From assembly GCF_006345805.1 (NCBI RefSeq), contig NC_043009.1, forward strand, positions 50,592,001 through 50,656,000: a stretch of 64,000 nt of DNA, read 5' to 3'. The notes under the pieces were generated by a model that made no database searches, had not been told where the DNA came from, and worked only from the letters and a program-made list of their open reading frames with translations. The DNA comes from Octopus sinensis. Its lineage: Eukaryota. Each line of letters starts with the position of its first letter. Within the stretch, counting starts at the first letter, position 1. This document shows positions 25,011-37,685 of the stretch, piece after piece. Both the position numbers and the translations under genes were made by a program.

Positions 25011-26647
25011 GAGAAATAAAGGAACTTTAAGAAGGGAAAAAAATTTTTTAAAAGGCAGAAAGAGAAAGAGAGAAAGAGATGAAATATGAAAGACATAATA
25101 TATTAATAGAACTGGTTGAGAAAATAGCAACTAAGTAGATAGGTCACCTCAGTTGAACAACTTGAATACACGGAGGCTCCGAGTTCAAATTATTCATGAC
25201 TTTGTCGACCAATAAAGAAACAGGGAATTTAGTAATGCTGAATAATGAATGGGAAACCCAGTTGGTTGCTAAGTGATAGAGAGGTTCTATCAGCTTTAGA
25301 AATAAAACAAAAAAAAAAAGAATAAGAAAAACCATCCCCTCATGATTGGACAACCTTATCAGCCACCTTGTGGACCATGCAACATATTGTGTGGCAGTAA
25401 TTTTACAGAAACTAAGTGGCATGTTAATATAGAATTTTTAGAGAAAAAAAAGAAAAAGCTAGAGAAAATTTAAACCCAATAGCAGGAAGCAACAAAAATG
25501 TCATTCTCTAAACACAGAAGCAGAAGAAATGACTATTTCTGAATATTAACAAGCTACTAGTGTCTTATCTTTTTTTACCAAATTATCCCTTGTTCTTAGC
25601 ACATTGCAAGTTTTTTTTTTTATTTTGACAGAAAAAAAAAGTGTTGAAGAGGATGATAATATGCAGTTGTGACATTGTACGTGCCATAAGTGGTATCTAC
25701 TCTAAGCCTAACAAGGTACTGGAGTGACAGACGATTGAGTGTAAGTAACCAGTCGATGAGTCAATAATTCTTGTCAATTTTTTTTAGCATTAAGGGTCTA
25801 TAGTCTATGCAAGCCTTCCAATATTGATAAGATCTCAATGGCTGATGTTCCATCTGAATATCTATAAATTGACACATATATGAGAACTGTTGACAGGGAA
25901 AGAATTACAGGTGGTTGATATCCTGGAGGGGGTGGTTTGGGAAAAATGTAGTTTTGAGCAATCAATACGGAAAGATAAGGTAAGGTACATAAACTAAATG
26001 TACATTAAATTGGTAAATTATTATCCTGAACTGCAACATATGCTCTTTTTCCAGGATTGCATTAGGCTGAATGGCATCCTGATGTAGAAGTTAGTACTTT
26101 TAATGAATACACAAGCAATGGATTCTGCTCAGCTTCCATCTTTTTTTATCCCAAACAGTCACATACACATTATTTCAGAAATACAATTAATGATATTAAA
26201 AAAACCCAAAAAAACTAAGTAACTACATGTGCTTGTGCTGCCATCACAAACCATTTTCTGTAAAAGCAATTAAGACAGTTCTGTGACATTTTTCCTGAGT
26301 AGTGCTATATGAAATATTAAAAAATTGTAAATTTATTACTATACCACATGATATAGATACTTCTATGTGATCACTCAACCTGTTTAGCACAGGCCCTTAG
26401 AAATTCTGAGCCAGTGCCTTGCATACTGGAAGACCACTGAGAGTGAGGCACTCGTTAGCTTCAAATCCAGGCTATGTCTGCTCTGATAATTGGCAGTGAC
26501 TTGGTCAGCAAATCCTCTGCAATGGTCAACAATCAATGGCTAGACAAGCTGTTATGGATCACACTATCCCAAAGTGTGTATACATGAGACCAGGAACCAT
26601 GTGTGAAATTGTATTCCCACCAAAACACCAAACATGACTCATTTGTT

Positions 26648-27003
26648 GGAACCAGCTCAACTTACGGAAGCCAGCTCAACCTACAGGAGCCAGCTCAACT
26701 TAAGGGAGCCAGCTCAACTTACAGGAGCCAGCTCAACCAACAGGAGCCAGCTCAACTTACGGGAGCCAGCTCAACCTACAGGAGCCAGCTCAACCTACAG
26801 GAGCCAGCTCAACCTACGGGAGCCAGCTCAACTTACGGGAGCCAGCTCAACCTACGGGAGCCAGCTCAACCTACGGGAGCCAGCTCAACCTACAGGAGCC
26901 AGCTCAACCTACAGGAGCCAGCTCAACCTACAGGAGCCAGCTCAACCCACTGAATCTGGCTCAACCCATCAGAGCTGGTCCAGCCCACTGGAACTGGCTC
27001 AAT
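26648..27003. repeat. 19-bp minisatellite, ~16 well-conserved plus ~3 degenerate units
   Basis: Unit GGAGCCAGCTCAAC(C/T)TAC(A/G); explains ORFs 26603-26953 and 26634-27026. Confidence 0.95.
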
Positions 27004-27679
27004 CTATCCTGACCACTTACAAGTAAGTACTCCACTTGTCAGATATGGCGGCCAAATTATCCTCTAATCCTACCTTGCCATTTGGTAAATAAAATCAGAA
27101 TATGCATGAAATTTTACAGTCCTACTTATACTATGCCTAAAACAAAATACAAATGGTAAATGTCTGTTTACTTAGCCTGATATGGGGTGAAACAAGATTA
27201 GCCTCAAGTTTGAGAAAAAAATAATCATGTCAGATGCCCTTTAGCACAAGTTTTCAAATCAACATAAGTAAGAAAAAAGTAATTCTGTTATTTTAGAAGT
27301 GAAATTACTGTAATACTCTTAATATTTCTAACTTAATTTGAAATATTTACCACAAAACAGTTTACCAGAAAGAAAACTGTTCAGGTATTCCTTGATCAAT
27401 AAGTTGCTCTATTGATTTTTGTCACAAAAGTGAAAATGCCAGGCAAAAGGTAACCTCCCCATCCCCATTACACATCTACTAGAGAGGGTGTAGAATGGCA
27501 GAAATGAAGAGCAAACAGTGTAAAGGATTAATGGGGGAAAATGTCAGTGAAATGATTGATTAACAAGTAGACCTTTTCAGATGAAATCTGGTTCACTGAA
27601 GTCTAACATATACACTACTCCACCACACACACACTTTCGTATAAGCTTTAGACATCTTAAAATCATCAGATTGTCTCAC

Positions 27680-27693
27680 CTTAACCGAGTTTG
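27680..27693 (-). other. Candidate 14-nt micro-exon (or 3' end of an alternative first exon)
   Basis: Minus strand: CTTTCAACTCTCCAACTCTATTTAG | CAAACTCGGTTAAG | GTGAGA. Confidence 0.25.
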
Positions 27694-27715
27694 CTAAATA
27701 GAGTTGGAGAGTTGA

Positions 27716-27750
<35 letters not shown>

Positions 27751-28914
27751 GTGAGGAAGAGTGTAGTGAGAGAAAAAGTGCCAAATACAGAAAAGAAAGG
27801 AATTAACTCTTTGCGAAAGAAAAGACAAAGGGGAGAAAAGCCAAAAGTGAAAGTAGAAAAAGTGGAAAAAGGTGAGAAAATAAATTTAGAAAAAGCAGGA
27901 GAGAGAGAGAGAGAGAAATACAGCTAAAAACAGAAAGACAGAGAGAGAGTGTGCGAGAGAGAGAGAGAGAGTGAAAGTGTGTGTCCATGTGTGTGCCGGT
28001 GGGTGTGTGTGTGTGTGCACAACATGTATGGCTATGTAATTGAAAGAAATTATGGATATATGCTAATATATGTGCTGAGAAAGCTGGTTTGGGAATTTGT
28101 AGCTTAATATATTCAGAAACTGTAAATATGTCTGTGAAGATTGTGCATACATGTGCATGCGTGCATGTGTGAAACATGTTATGTTAAAGACAGAACTATG
28201 TTCAAGTCTGCTCCTTTTTATTAAGGATTTTTATATCTCCTTATTAGTCCTTTGCTTAGTTTGGAAAAGTAGTGTTCCTTAAATCCATTTGTTCATCAAT
28301 GTTTCATGATCTTGGCCTCATCATCAGAATGAAATAATGGCAATAATGGCGTATTGTTTGCATGCTTTGAAGTAGGTCACAAAGAATCATGGGAATACTG
28401 TTACAAAGGATAAAATTGCACATGTCAGATTTTAAAATTATGCAGTAATAAAGTCCAAGAGAGTCAAGACTATTGAAATTTTACCGGTGAGTGTGTTAAA
28501 TAATAAGGTACTAAAAGAGAATGACTCTCCCCAGACACAAACATCCAAGTAGATTTCATGATTTGCTTTACATGTAACATATCTGTGCACCCATTTTTGG
28601 TTAGTATTCAGCTATTAATGAAGCTCAGAGGTTATTCAATTTTTTTGTGGAAATTTACATTATGTATTGCTGTCAACTAATTATTTTTCAATGTAATTTT
28701 ATTTCATGTAAAGTATTAATTATAATGAGTTGAAGTGAATGGCTCTTTGTATAGAAATGGTTAGCCTACAATGAAACACAGTACTTGTGTGTGGTACAAC
28801 AGAATCTGCATATTATGCTGGTCATCTGAAGTGCATTCTGAGATTTGCTAATTTGTGGTTTCATGTTAATGAAGAAATATTTTGTTTTGATATTCTAGTA
28901 ATATAAATTTTATA

Positions 28915-29128
28915 AGGTGAGCTGGCAGAATTGTTAGCACACTGGACAAAATGCTCAGCAGTATATCACCCATTGGTACGTTCTGAGTTCAAATTCTGCC
29001 AAGGTCAACTTTGCCTTTCATCCTTTTGGGGGTCAATAAAATAAGTACCAGTTATACCCTGGAGTCGATGTAATCAACTAGTCCCCTCCCACCAAAATTT
29101 AAGGCCTTGTACATTTAGTAGAAAGGCT
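28915..29128 (+). mobile_element. SINE family B (tail type B2), older copy
   Basis: GGTGAGCTGGCAGAATTGTTAGCAC...GAGTTCAAATTCTGCC...TTTGCCTTTCATCCTTTTGGGGGTCAATAAAATAAGTACCAG...GGCCTTGTAC. Confidence 0.85.
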
Positions 29129-29727
29129 TATAGTATTCTAATTAGGTGTTTGTGGTTAGGTGTGATACATATAACTTGTTTTATGAGTGTTTAATAACAT
29201 ATTTATCTATTTTATAATCAGAGTGCATTTACTTCTCATAGTGTACAATAAAAGCAGTTTATGTATTTTTGTGCATGCTGTATCTGTTGTACATAAATTT
29301 CTTCTTGGCCTTGACTCCATGGCCTTGCCTATCAATAAATAAAGGTACCCATTATTATCTAATATTTGTTTTGCACATAAGATTTCCATATTTAAAGCTT
29401 CTTAATGGATGAAAACTTAAACTGTTACATCAGACATACATGTATGACATTTTCTCATCAATTGACAATGCATTTACAAGGAGCCAATGCAACTCATAAT
29501 ATACTACATGAAATAAAATTTGACAGAAAAACATTAGTCTTATATATGTATGTGTGTGTATGTGTATGTCTGTGTGTGTGTGTGTGTGTGTGTATTTTAC
29601 AAATGATGAGAGGCTTTACTTTGCAGATAGCAAAATACAAACACAGAAGCAACCAAACCTTCCTGAAACCTCAGTCAAGTAAGACAAAACAGAGTAATAA
29701 ACACAAACGTCTCTATCTGTCTGTCTG

Positions 29728-29779
<52 letters not shown>

Positions 29780-29879
29780 CAAATAGTGGAACAGAGACAG
29801 AGAATGAGAGACACATAAAAAGAATGACAGAAAGAAGACTGATAATGATGATAGTAGCAGTCCATTTGATTGATTCTAG

Positions 29880-30085
29880 TTTCAGCTCACGAGCTGTGGC
29901 CATGCTGGGGCACCGCCATTTTAAACGAATTAAGTCGATTACATTGACCCCACTGCGTAACTGGTACTTAATTTATCGACCCCAAAGGGATGAAAGGCAA
30001 AGTCTACCTCGGCGGAATTTGAACTCAGAACGTTAGGGCTACACATTTCGCCCGGTGTGCTAACGGTTCTGCCAGCTCGCCGCCT
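29880..30085 (-). mobile_element. SINE family B copy abutting a family A-like 3' tail
   Basis: 29923-30085 is the reverse complement of the B head and core; 29880-29918 GTGGCCATGCTGGGGCACCGCC resembles the A tail. Confidence 0.8.
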
Positions 30086-30862
30086 TTGTAATATTAAACT
30101 TTACACATTTGTGTAATATTAAACTTTGTTTTTCTTCCCCCTTCAGTCTTTCTTTCAATTTTTCTGTCTTTCTTGGTTTCTCAGTATCTCTCTACAATAT
30201 TGGAATAAAGAGTGACAAAGACTGAGAAACACACATATAAAGAGAGTGACAGAGAACAAGAAGAGTGATAGTGAAGATGCTAGAAGTTTGAATCTTATAC
30301 ACAAATTGTGGCAAAATCCTTCTTGAGAACTTGTGATATAATTTACATTGGATCTAACTTCAGAATGAGTGTAGTGTGGATTTCATTTCAAAGTGCCTCC
30401 TTTGACTTTAATTTCCTAACAACAAGTATTTCCAGGAATTACAATGGATTAAAATTCAGAAGGATAGCTCAGATATCTGCCACCATACTCTTGTTCCTCT
30501 CCAACCACACATCCTGGTTATTCCTCTGTCATTGCTCTATTTCATTGGTCACAGTGCCTTCTGTAATAGTTGTAACCACTTGGTCATGCTGCCTTGAATG
30601 TACATACATGTCATAGAGTACTAAGTATCACTATCACTTGTACTTGTATCAAACATCTTTCTTACCACCTATATATATATATATATATATATAATATACA
30701 AATAAGAAAATGGAGGAACAAATCCATTTCAGTCATCAATTTACAGATGTTACCATTTCATATTATTTATTAACTATATAAATAGGAACATCCAAATCGA
30801 GCAAAACAATAAACATCAATATGCAAGATAATAATACCATAAGAATAATACACATAAAATGC

Positions 30863-30988
30863 TCCTTACAGCTGTTTCAGCCTGTAGATAAAAGTATCTC
30901 ATTCTGCCTATATTAGTCAGATGTATTGAGGTAATATGCAGTTAAAAATGAGGTACTTATATATATATCCCAAGGCCTCGTCAGAGAT
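30863..30988 (-). ncRNA. Hammerhead ribozyme-like motif (type I, long stem-II insert) in a TA-flanked Penelope-like fragment (~30695-31050)
   Basis: Minus strand: TCT-CTGACGA-GGCCT...~95 nt...AGGCT-GAAA-CAGCTG-TA-AGG; palindromic stem III, as in Penelope-type hammerheads. Confidence 0.5.
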
Positions 30989-31264
30989 TATAAAGTACAA
31001 TTATAAAAATGTAAATATAAATATGAAACAAAATACACATACATTTGGATATATATATATACGTATATATCCATACATATATATACATATAAATGCATAC
31101 ATTTAAATATATATATTATATATATATACATATATATACATGCATATATATATATATAAAAACATATATATATTTATAAATTATCATCATCATTTACATA
31201 CACATACATACATATCCACATATATATACACACATATATACACACACAAATATAAATATGCATA

Positions 31265-31315
<51 letters not shown>

Positions 31316-31396
31316 AAATCCAAGAAAAGAAGAACAAACAACGCGAGGACATGGTACATGTAAAGTATTAGCAGATGATTAGTGGAGGAAAGTAAG

Positions 31397-31432
31397 ACTT
31401 TAATGTTTCGAGTAACGCTCTTCTTCAGAAAC
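31397..31432 (-). ncRNA. Minimal hammerhead-like motif in a TA-flanked repeat (~31311-31525)
   Basis: Minus strand: TTT-CTGAAGA-AGAGCGTTACTC-GAAA-CATTA-AAG; probably CpG-decayed from GAAACGTTA. Confidence 0.45.
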
Positions 31433-32299
31433 AGAGGGAAGTCCAATAGAATGGAAAACGGTGAAGAAAATCACCAATGATTCACATGTGGTTATATTTT
31501 GAAATGACCAGAAAGGAATGGGTGATATATATACGTATATATGTATATATATAATATATATATGCATATATGTATATTTATATACATATATAAATACATA
31601 TTTTCACATGCATATATATATTTTATATGCTCACATAAATATTTCGTAAGCACATATATTTATATTTGATATGCATATAAATATGTTTCATATATATATG
31701 TATATATATATATATATATATAATATATATATATATATATACATGCATGTATGCCCATACACACACACACACACACATAGATATATATATATTTATATGC
31801 GTGTGTGTGTATTTACATATACACTAAAAACATCTAGATTGAGATTTATAGAAAGCAAAGACACTTGCTAAGTCATTTCTCAAAAGGGACAAGAGAAAAT
31901 TGTCAAGAACCACTTAAAAACTTTTTGCAACTGGGACAGTTTCTTATGGTTGCAGTTAGAACTGCTTAGCAAACAAATGAATATTCTAAGACTGTTTCTT
32001 GTACAGAGAAATTTATAAGAAAAGCTTCATTGAAGCTTTGACAACAGCAAAATCACTTCAATGCCCATCCATCATGTTTCATAGATGAACTGCCCACTAC
32101 CATCCACCCTTCTAAGTCAAGACAATTGGGATTACATACTGTAGAATGAATGGAGATAGATACTTGCATAAACATGGAAAATAGTTTTTAAGTAAATACT
32201 TTCACTCTGCTAAGCCAAAGCATATTTCATTACAGCTACAGAACCAGGGAGAGAATTTCTTATGTAATAATACAATAGCATTATCATTATATGAATATG

Positions 32300-32760
32300 T
32301 GAGAGACAGATGGTGGGGGTAGAAGATACAGGCAAAATAGATATGGGGTGGCATAAGTAGAAAGATAAGATGAGAAGGGATGGAGAAGGAAGAAAGAGAT
32401 GGAGAACATGAAGAGAGAGTGGGATTGAAAGAAAAAGAGAAGAGAAGGGAATAAAAAGAGAGATGAGACAGAGGAAGAGAAATGAATTGAAAAGATAACA
32501 AAGGAGAGGAATAGGAGAAAAATTAGAAAAATATATGAAAGACAGAGAAAGAAGAAAGGAAAGCAAGATGGAGAGAGAAGTAGGAAAAGAAAGGATGAAA
32601 GAAAAAGAGAGAGGAAGTGAAAGGAAGAAGAGTGAGGAAGAGATAAACTAAAAATGAGAGAGAGAAGAAGGGAGACAAGAGGAAAGAAACAGAGTACCAA
32701 AGATATGAGAAGAGAGTGCAAGGGAGATGGCAGGGGAGAATGGAAGAGAGAAATAGCAAG
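32300..32760 (+). repeat. Low-complexity purine-rich (GA) tract
   Basis: ~450 bp strongly dominated by A/G on the + strand. Confidence 0.85.
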
Positions 32761-33080
32761 ATTTGTTCGTGTCACATGTCAAAAAAGAGAAAAAATGACA
32801 GCAAGTGTAATAATTTGCATGTGAGGAAGAGTATAAAAGAAAGACTGTGAGATTGTACAGCAGGCAGAAACAATAGGGTGTCTGATTTTAGTTATATTTA
32901 CAAATACATCTGAAACAATTAATAGTCCTAACAGCAGGGAAAAGGTTAGCAGGAAAACATGACCTAGATGAAGAGTACAATGAACGACATTGCAAAAATT
33001 GAAGATTTCTTTTGTTTCAGCAAGAATCAGAGCAGAAATCAAGCCATATATAAATACACACATTCATGGAGGATAGATAT

Positions 33081-33275
33081 ATTTCTTTACTACCCACAAG
33101 AGGCTAAACACAGATGGACAGAGAAATGGTTTAAGTTGATTACATCGACCCCAGTGCGTAACTGGTACTTAATTTATCGACCCCGAAAGGATGAAAGGCA
33201 AAGTCGACCTTGGCGGAATTTAAACCCAGAACATAATGGCAGACGAAATACGTGCTAACGTTTCTGCCAGCTCGA
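33081..33275 (-). mobile_element. SINE family B (tail type B1)
   Basis: Reverse complement of the B consensus with internal deletions; followed by (GATA)n at 33279-33342. Confidence 0.85.
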
Positions 33276-33276
33276 G

Positions 33277-33341
<65 letters not shown>

Positions 33342-33342
<1 letters not shown>

Positions 33343-33879
33343 CACAGGCATGGCAGTGTGGTAAGAAACTTGCCTCCTAACCACATGGTTCCTGATTCAG
33401 TCCCACTGTGTGACACCTTGGACAAAGGTATTCTACCATAGTTTCAGGCCAACCAAAGCTTTGGTAAATGAAAATTGAAAGAAGCCTGTTGTCATCATCA
33501 TCATCATCATCATCGTTTAACGTCTGTTCTCCATGCTAGCATGGGTTGGACGGTTCGACCGGGGATCTGGGAAGCCAGAAGGCTGCACCAGACCCAGTCT
33601 GATCTGGCAATGTTTCTACGGCTGGATGCCTTTCCTAACGTTGTATATATAAATATATGTGTGTGTGTGTCTATGTTTGTCCTCCAGTACTGCTTGACAG
33701 ACAGTGTTGGTGTGTTTACATCCCCATAACTTAGCAGCTTGGCAAAAGAGACTGATAAAATAAGTACCAAGCTTAACAAAAGGATAAGTACTGTGGTCAA
33801 TTCATTTGACTAAAAGTTCTTCAAGGCAGTGTTCTAGCATGGCTGCAGTCTAATGACTGAAACACGTAAAAGATAAAAG
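33342..33879 (+). mobile_element. Older SINE family A copy interrupted by an antisense family C insertion
   Basis: A head 33342-33491, A tail 33640-33879. Confidence 0.8.
33492..33639 (-). mobile_element. SINE family C 3' fragment nested in family A
   Basis: (CAT)n-CGTTTAACGTCTG..TCCATGCTAGCATGGGTTGGACGG...GGATGCCTTTCCTAAC; GTTGT is repeated on both sides. Confidence 0.85.
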
Positions 33880-33959
33880 ACAGATAGGTAAGAGTTGTGA
33901 GTGTGTGTTTATGTGATCAAAACAGACATAGTTTACAATAGTTAAGAAGTTCATCATAG

Positions 33960-34520
33960 CAACCAATTTTCCCTCAAATAATATCCCACCATCTTATAAA
34001 AGAAAAAGACTTGGTACAAAAGATAAGGTAATCCTAGATACACAGACTGAATGCAATATGAGATGATCATGGTTAGAATGCATTTTGATAACAAGTCTGC
34101 TCGATTAGGATTAACCCAGGATTAACCAACCATAACTTAGTCTATAAAAAATCCAAGTTAGATTAGGTTAGTTGTTATTGCTTACAGACAGATTTATGAT
34201 TAAAGGTATTCCTGCCATGATCATTTATCTGTTTATCTGTTTTGGAGTATCTTAGATTACACTTCATTTTTACTGACCGAAGGTAAATTCAAGGTAGATT
34301 TAGTTGTTATTTCTAAAGGTCAAACGACTGCAAAGAGGCTCCCTCGTTAGCTCTGATTAATTTAGTCTAGTCTGGTGGTTTTTCTCATAGGTCATGGCAT
34401 CTTTCTAGAGTTATCCAAGACTACATATCTAATGTATCCTTTTCACTGGCAGTAAGGTGTCATTTGAGTAAGATTAGGTTGCTATTTCTAACAAGTTGAA
34501 TGACTGCACCAAGGCTTTTC
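33960..34520. mobile_element. Cluster of family F repeats (one minus copy, then plus copies)
   Basis: 33960-34130 is the reverse complement of motifs found in 34150-34350 and 34420-34520. Confidence 0.5.
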
Positions 34521-35051
34521 CTTTCACTCAAATCAAGTTGTCTTAATTTAACAGCTGTTCTTACTCTAAGTTTATCCAACTTGAGTCCGCATCCTCTTTA
34601 TAATCTTGTTAAATGAAGTTCTAAAATCACAAAAAAATGTATTCCCTTTAATTCTGATTAAAATACTGCACATTCCAGTATTCTACTATACAGATCTGTC
34701 CAAAAACCATTATTTTAATTTTACTGGCAAATTCATAGGTGATTGATATATGCTATGAGAATAAGGTTACTAAAAATATGTGACTCCATAAATTGAAAGT
34801 AAATGCATGCATTGGATAGATAAGTTATAAAATTTGCAAGGCTTTGTTCAACAGTTCAAATTCTGACTTGAGTATGGCGAAAAAAACATAGTCACTTGCA
34901 TGATACCTCAATTAATTACTAATGAACACATCATCACAACATCCATTTTACTTAGAGAAAAATCCAATAAACAATGAGTAATAAGTTACTAAGTTAGCTG
35001 CTGTTCAACTATGGGTTAACCTCATCCCTACAGAGACTAAGCATAACTGAT

Positions 35052-35468
35052 CTCTCTCTCTCTATCCGCTAAGTTGAAGTTGACTCTCGGTCACTCGTTG
35101 GATCAGTGTCCTCCAGTCAGTTCTATCCTAGGCCGTTTCCTTCAGACTGGCCATGTCCATTCCGGTATCACTCCTGATGGTGTCAAGCCAGCAGGTTCTT
35201 GGTTGGCCTCTTCCTCTCTTGCCACTGACCATTCCGAGCATGATGTCCTTCTCCAGGGATTCTCTCAGCATAATATGACCGAAATATGCCAATCTACACT
35301 TGGTGAATCCAGCTTCTAGTGACATTTTCGGCCTTATCTGCTTAAGAACTTCTCCATTGGTGAGCCTCGCTGTCCATGGAATCCGCAAAAGTCTTCTCCA
35401 ATACCAAAGCTCGAATGCATTAATTCTCTTCTGGTCAGCTTTCTTTAGTGTCCAGGTCTCGCATTCAT
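35052..35468 (-). mobile_element. 5'-truncated RTE (BovB-like) LINE with 9-bp TSD and (GA)n tail
   Basis: Translation YECETWTLKKADQKRINAFELWYWRRLLRIPWTARLTNGEVL...LAYFGHIM..ESLEKDIMLGMVSGKRGRGQPRTCWLDTI...DRTDWR; TSD ATAACTGAT at 35043-35051 and 35469-35477. Confidence 0.92.
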
Positions 35469-36707
35469 ATAACTGATAGTGACCACCAATTACAAGCTTT
35501 TCCCTGTCTAGCTAATATCAACACTGCGTATTCCCATTCCCATCATTTGAGAAATAATCTGTGTAGATACCATTTGAGAAACATTGCCTTTGAACAGTTT
35601 AAGAACCAAGCCATTCTGCTCAGCAATTGTAGCTTGGGTAAAACTAAATTTACCAGTGCTTCTAAAGTTAATGAAAGCTACATTGATCAATGGTTAATTA
35701 CAGCATTAATGAGTACCCCAGACAAAAGATGTTCCAATGAAACATAAGAAATCTAATATACTGGAGATTGGTTTATCTAGTTTATAATATTGTCCCAACT
35801 ATTTAATACTTGATTTACATACCTGATGCTTTTCTCCTCACACTTGTGATATATAACAGATTTTCTACTGCCATATCTGTATACTCTCAATAAAAAAAAT
35901 TAAAGAATAAAAACTTTTGTAGCATTTACAAAGCTACTGAGATGATATACTCTAGCATTCTTTAGTAAAAAAAAACCAAAACTCTGGATTGTGAAACTGC
36001 TGCTTCTAAATCTAGTGTCTTATTCTTGAGTAATCTCTGTCTTATTTCTTTAATATTATCTCAAGAATGAATAAAAAAAAAACCCATAATTGAATTTTTG
36101 TATATAGTTCTGATAATGCTACCAAAAGTTACATGCTTATGCCAACAGTTTCAAGGCTTAAAGTAATTGATCCAAGCATTCATTTGGTGGTTGTTTGCAA
36201 GTACTGAGCTGCTGTCTAGCAAAAATCTTATTCACGAGTTTAAAATGTACATGCCCTTTAGGTAATTTGTCATGTTTTCATAATTTTTACAATCAGTGAT
36301 GAATTAGAATACTTTGGAGATAAAGAATTTATGAGAACGTACAGTCTATCAGTATCAAGAATGCTTACAAGAATATTTTCAAACATATGTAATTAGTGTT
36401 TGAATTCTGAAATGGCAGATGGAAGTCTTTCAGAACACAGAATCTTGTTTGTATTGGAGTTATTGAATAAACTGGTGTAAGAAGTAATAATACTATAAGG
36501 TCTTTATACTAAAGACTGTTCAACAACAAATAAGATAGCTTTACTTGCAGCTTAATTTAGAAAATGAAATGTCCATATTATGAAATATTAATTGCTAAAG
36601 GGTGTTGTATCGCAATATTATTAAACCAAAGTTACTGAAAATGCACACTGCCATAATTTGAAAGTCAATTTGAACATTGAACAATGGAATATAAAAGTAA
36701 CACACAC

Positions 36708-37108
36708 GAGTGGCTGTGTGGTAAGTAGCTTGCTAACCAACCACATGGTTCGGGGTTCAGTCCCACTGCGTGGCATCTTGGGCAAGTGTCTTCTACTATA
36801 ACCCCGGGCCGACCAATGCCTTGTGAGTGGATTTGGTAGACGGAAACTGAAAGAAGCCTGTCGTATATATGTATATATATGTATGTATGTATGTTTCTGT
36901 GTCTGTGTTTGTCCCCCTAGCATTGCTTGACAACTGATGCTGGTGTGTTTACGTCCCCGTCACTTAGCGGTTCGGCAAAAAGAGACCGATAGAATAAGTA
37001 CTGGGCTTACAAAGAATAAATCCCGGGGTCGATTTGGTCGACTAAAGGCGGTGCTCCAGCATGGCCGCAGTCAAATGACTGAAACAAGTAAAAAAGAAAA
37101 AGAAAGAA
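36708..37108 (+). mobile_element. SINE family A, young full-length copy
   Basis: Nearly identical to 4109-4505. Confidence 0.9.
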
Positions 37109-37308
37109 TATCCTTATGCATGTACATATATAAAATGCTCATTTGTTTCTTGGAGTATTCATGTATTTACTATTATGTTCACATTTACATTCAGTATATA
37201 CACGTAGTTAGGTGTATGTAAATGACTAGTTAGTTGGAGAATGGCTAGTTTGTTGATGGAATAGCAGTTTGTGGAGCAGTTGTTGGTATAACACTTTCTC
37301 TTGAAATA

Positions 37309-37685
37309 TTGGTTTCAAATTTTGGCACAAGATCAGCAATTCTGGATGGGGGTAGGGGTAAGTCAATTACATCAGCCCCAAAAGAATGGATGGCAAAGCT
37401 GACCTCAGCAGAATTTGAACTCAGAATGTACAGACAGACAGACAAAATGCCACTAAGCATTTTGCCTGGAAAGTTAATGATTCTACCTGTTCACCACCCT
37501 AGTTTTCACAAGATCAGCAATTCTGGGTGGGGGAGTAAGTCAATTACATCAGCCCCAAAAGAATGGATTGCAAAACTGACCTCAGCTGAATTTGAACTCA
37601 GAATGTACAGACAGACAGACAAAATGCCACTAAGCATTTTGCCTGGAAAGTTAATGATTCTACCTGTTCGCCACCCTAGTTTTCA
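37309..37685 (-). mobile_element. Decayed SINE family B2 duplicated in tandem (~180-bp unit x2)
   Basis: Units 37326-37506 and 37507-37685 share the same private mutations and internal deletion. Confidence 0.85.

Noticed and set aside
26603-27026. Repetitive-protein CDS or CRISPR array
   Set aside because: A 19-bp tandem repeat with no unique spacers; the long ORFs follow from the stop-free unit
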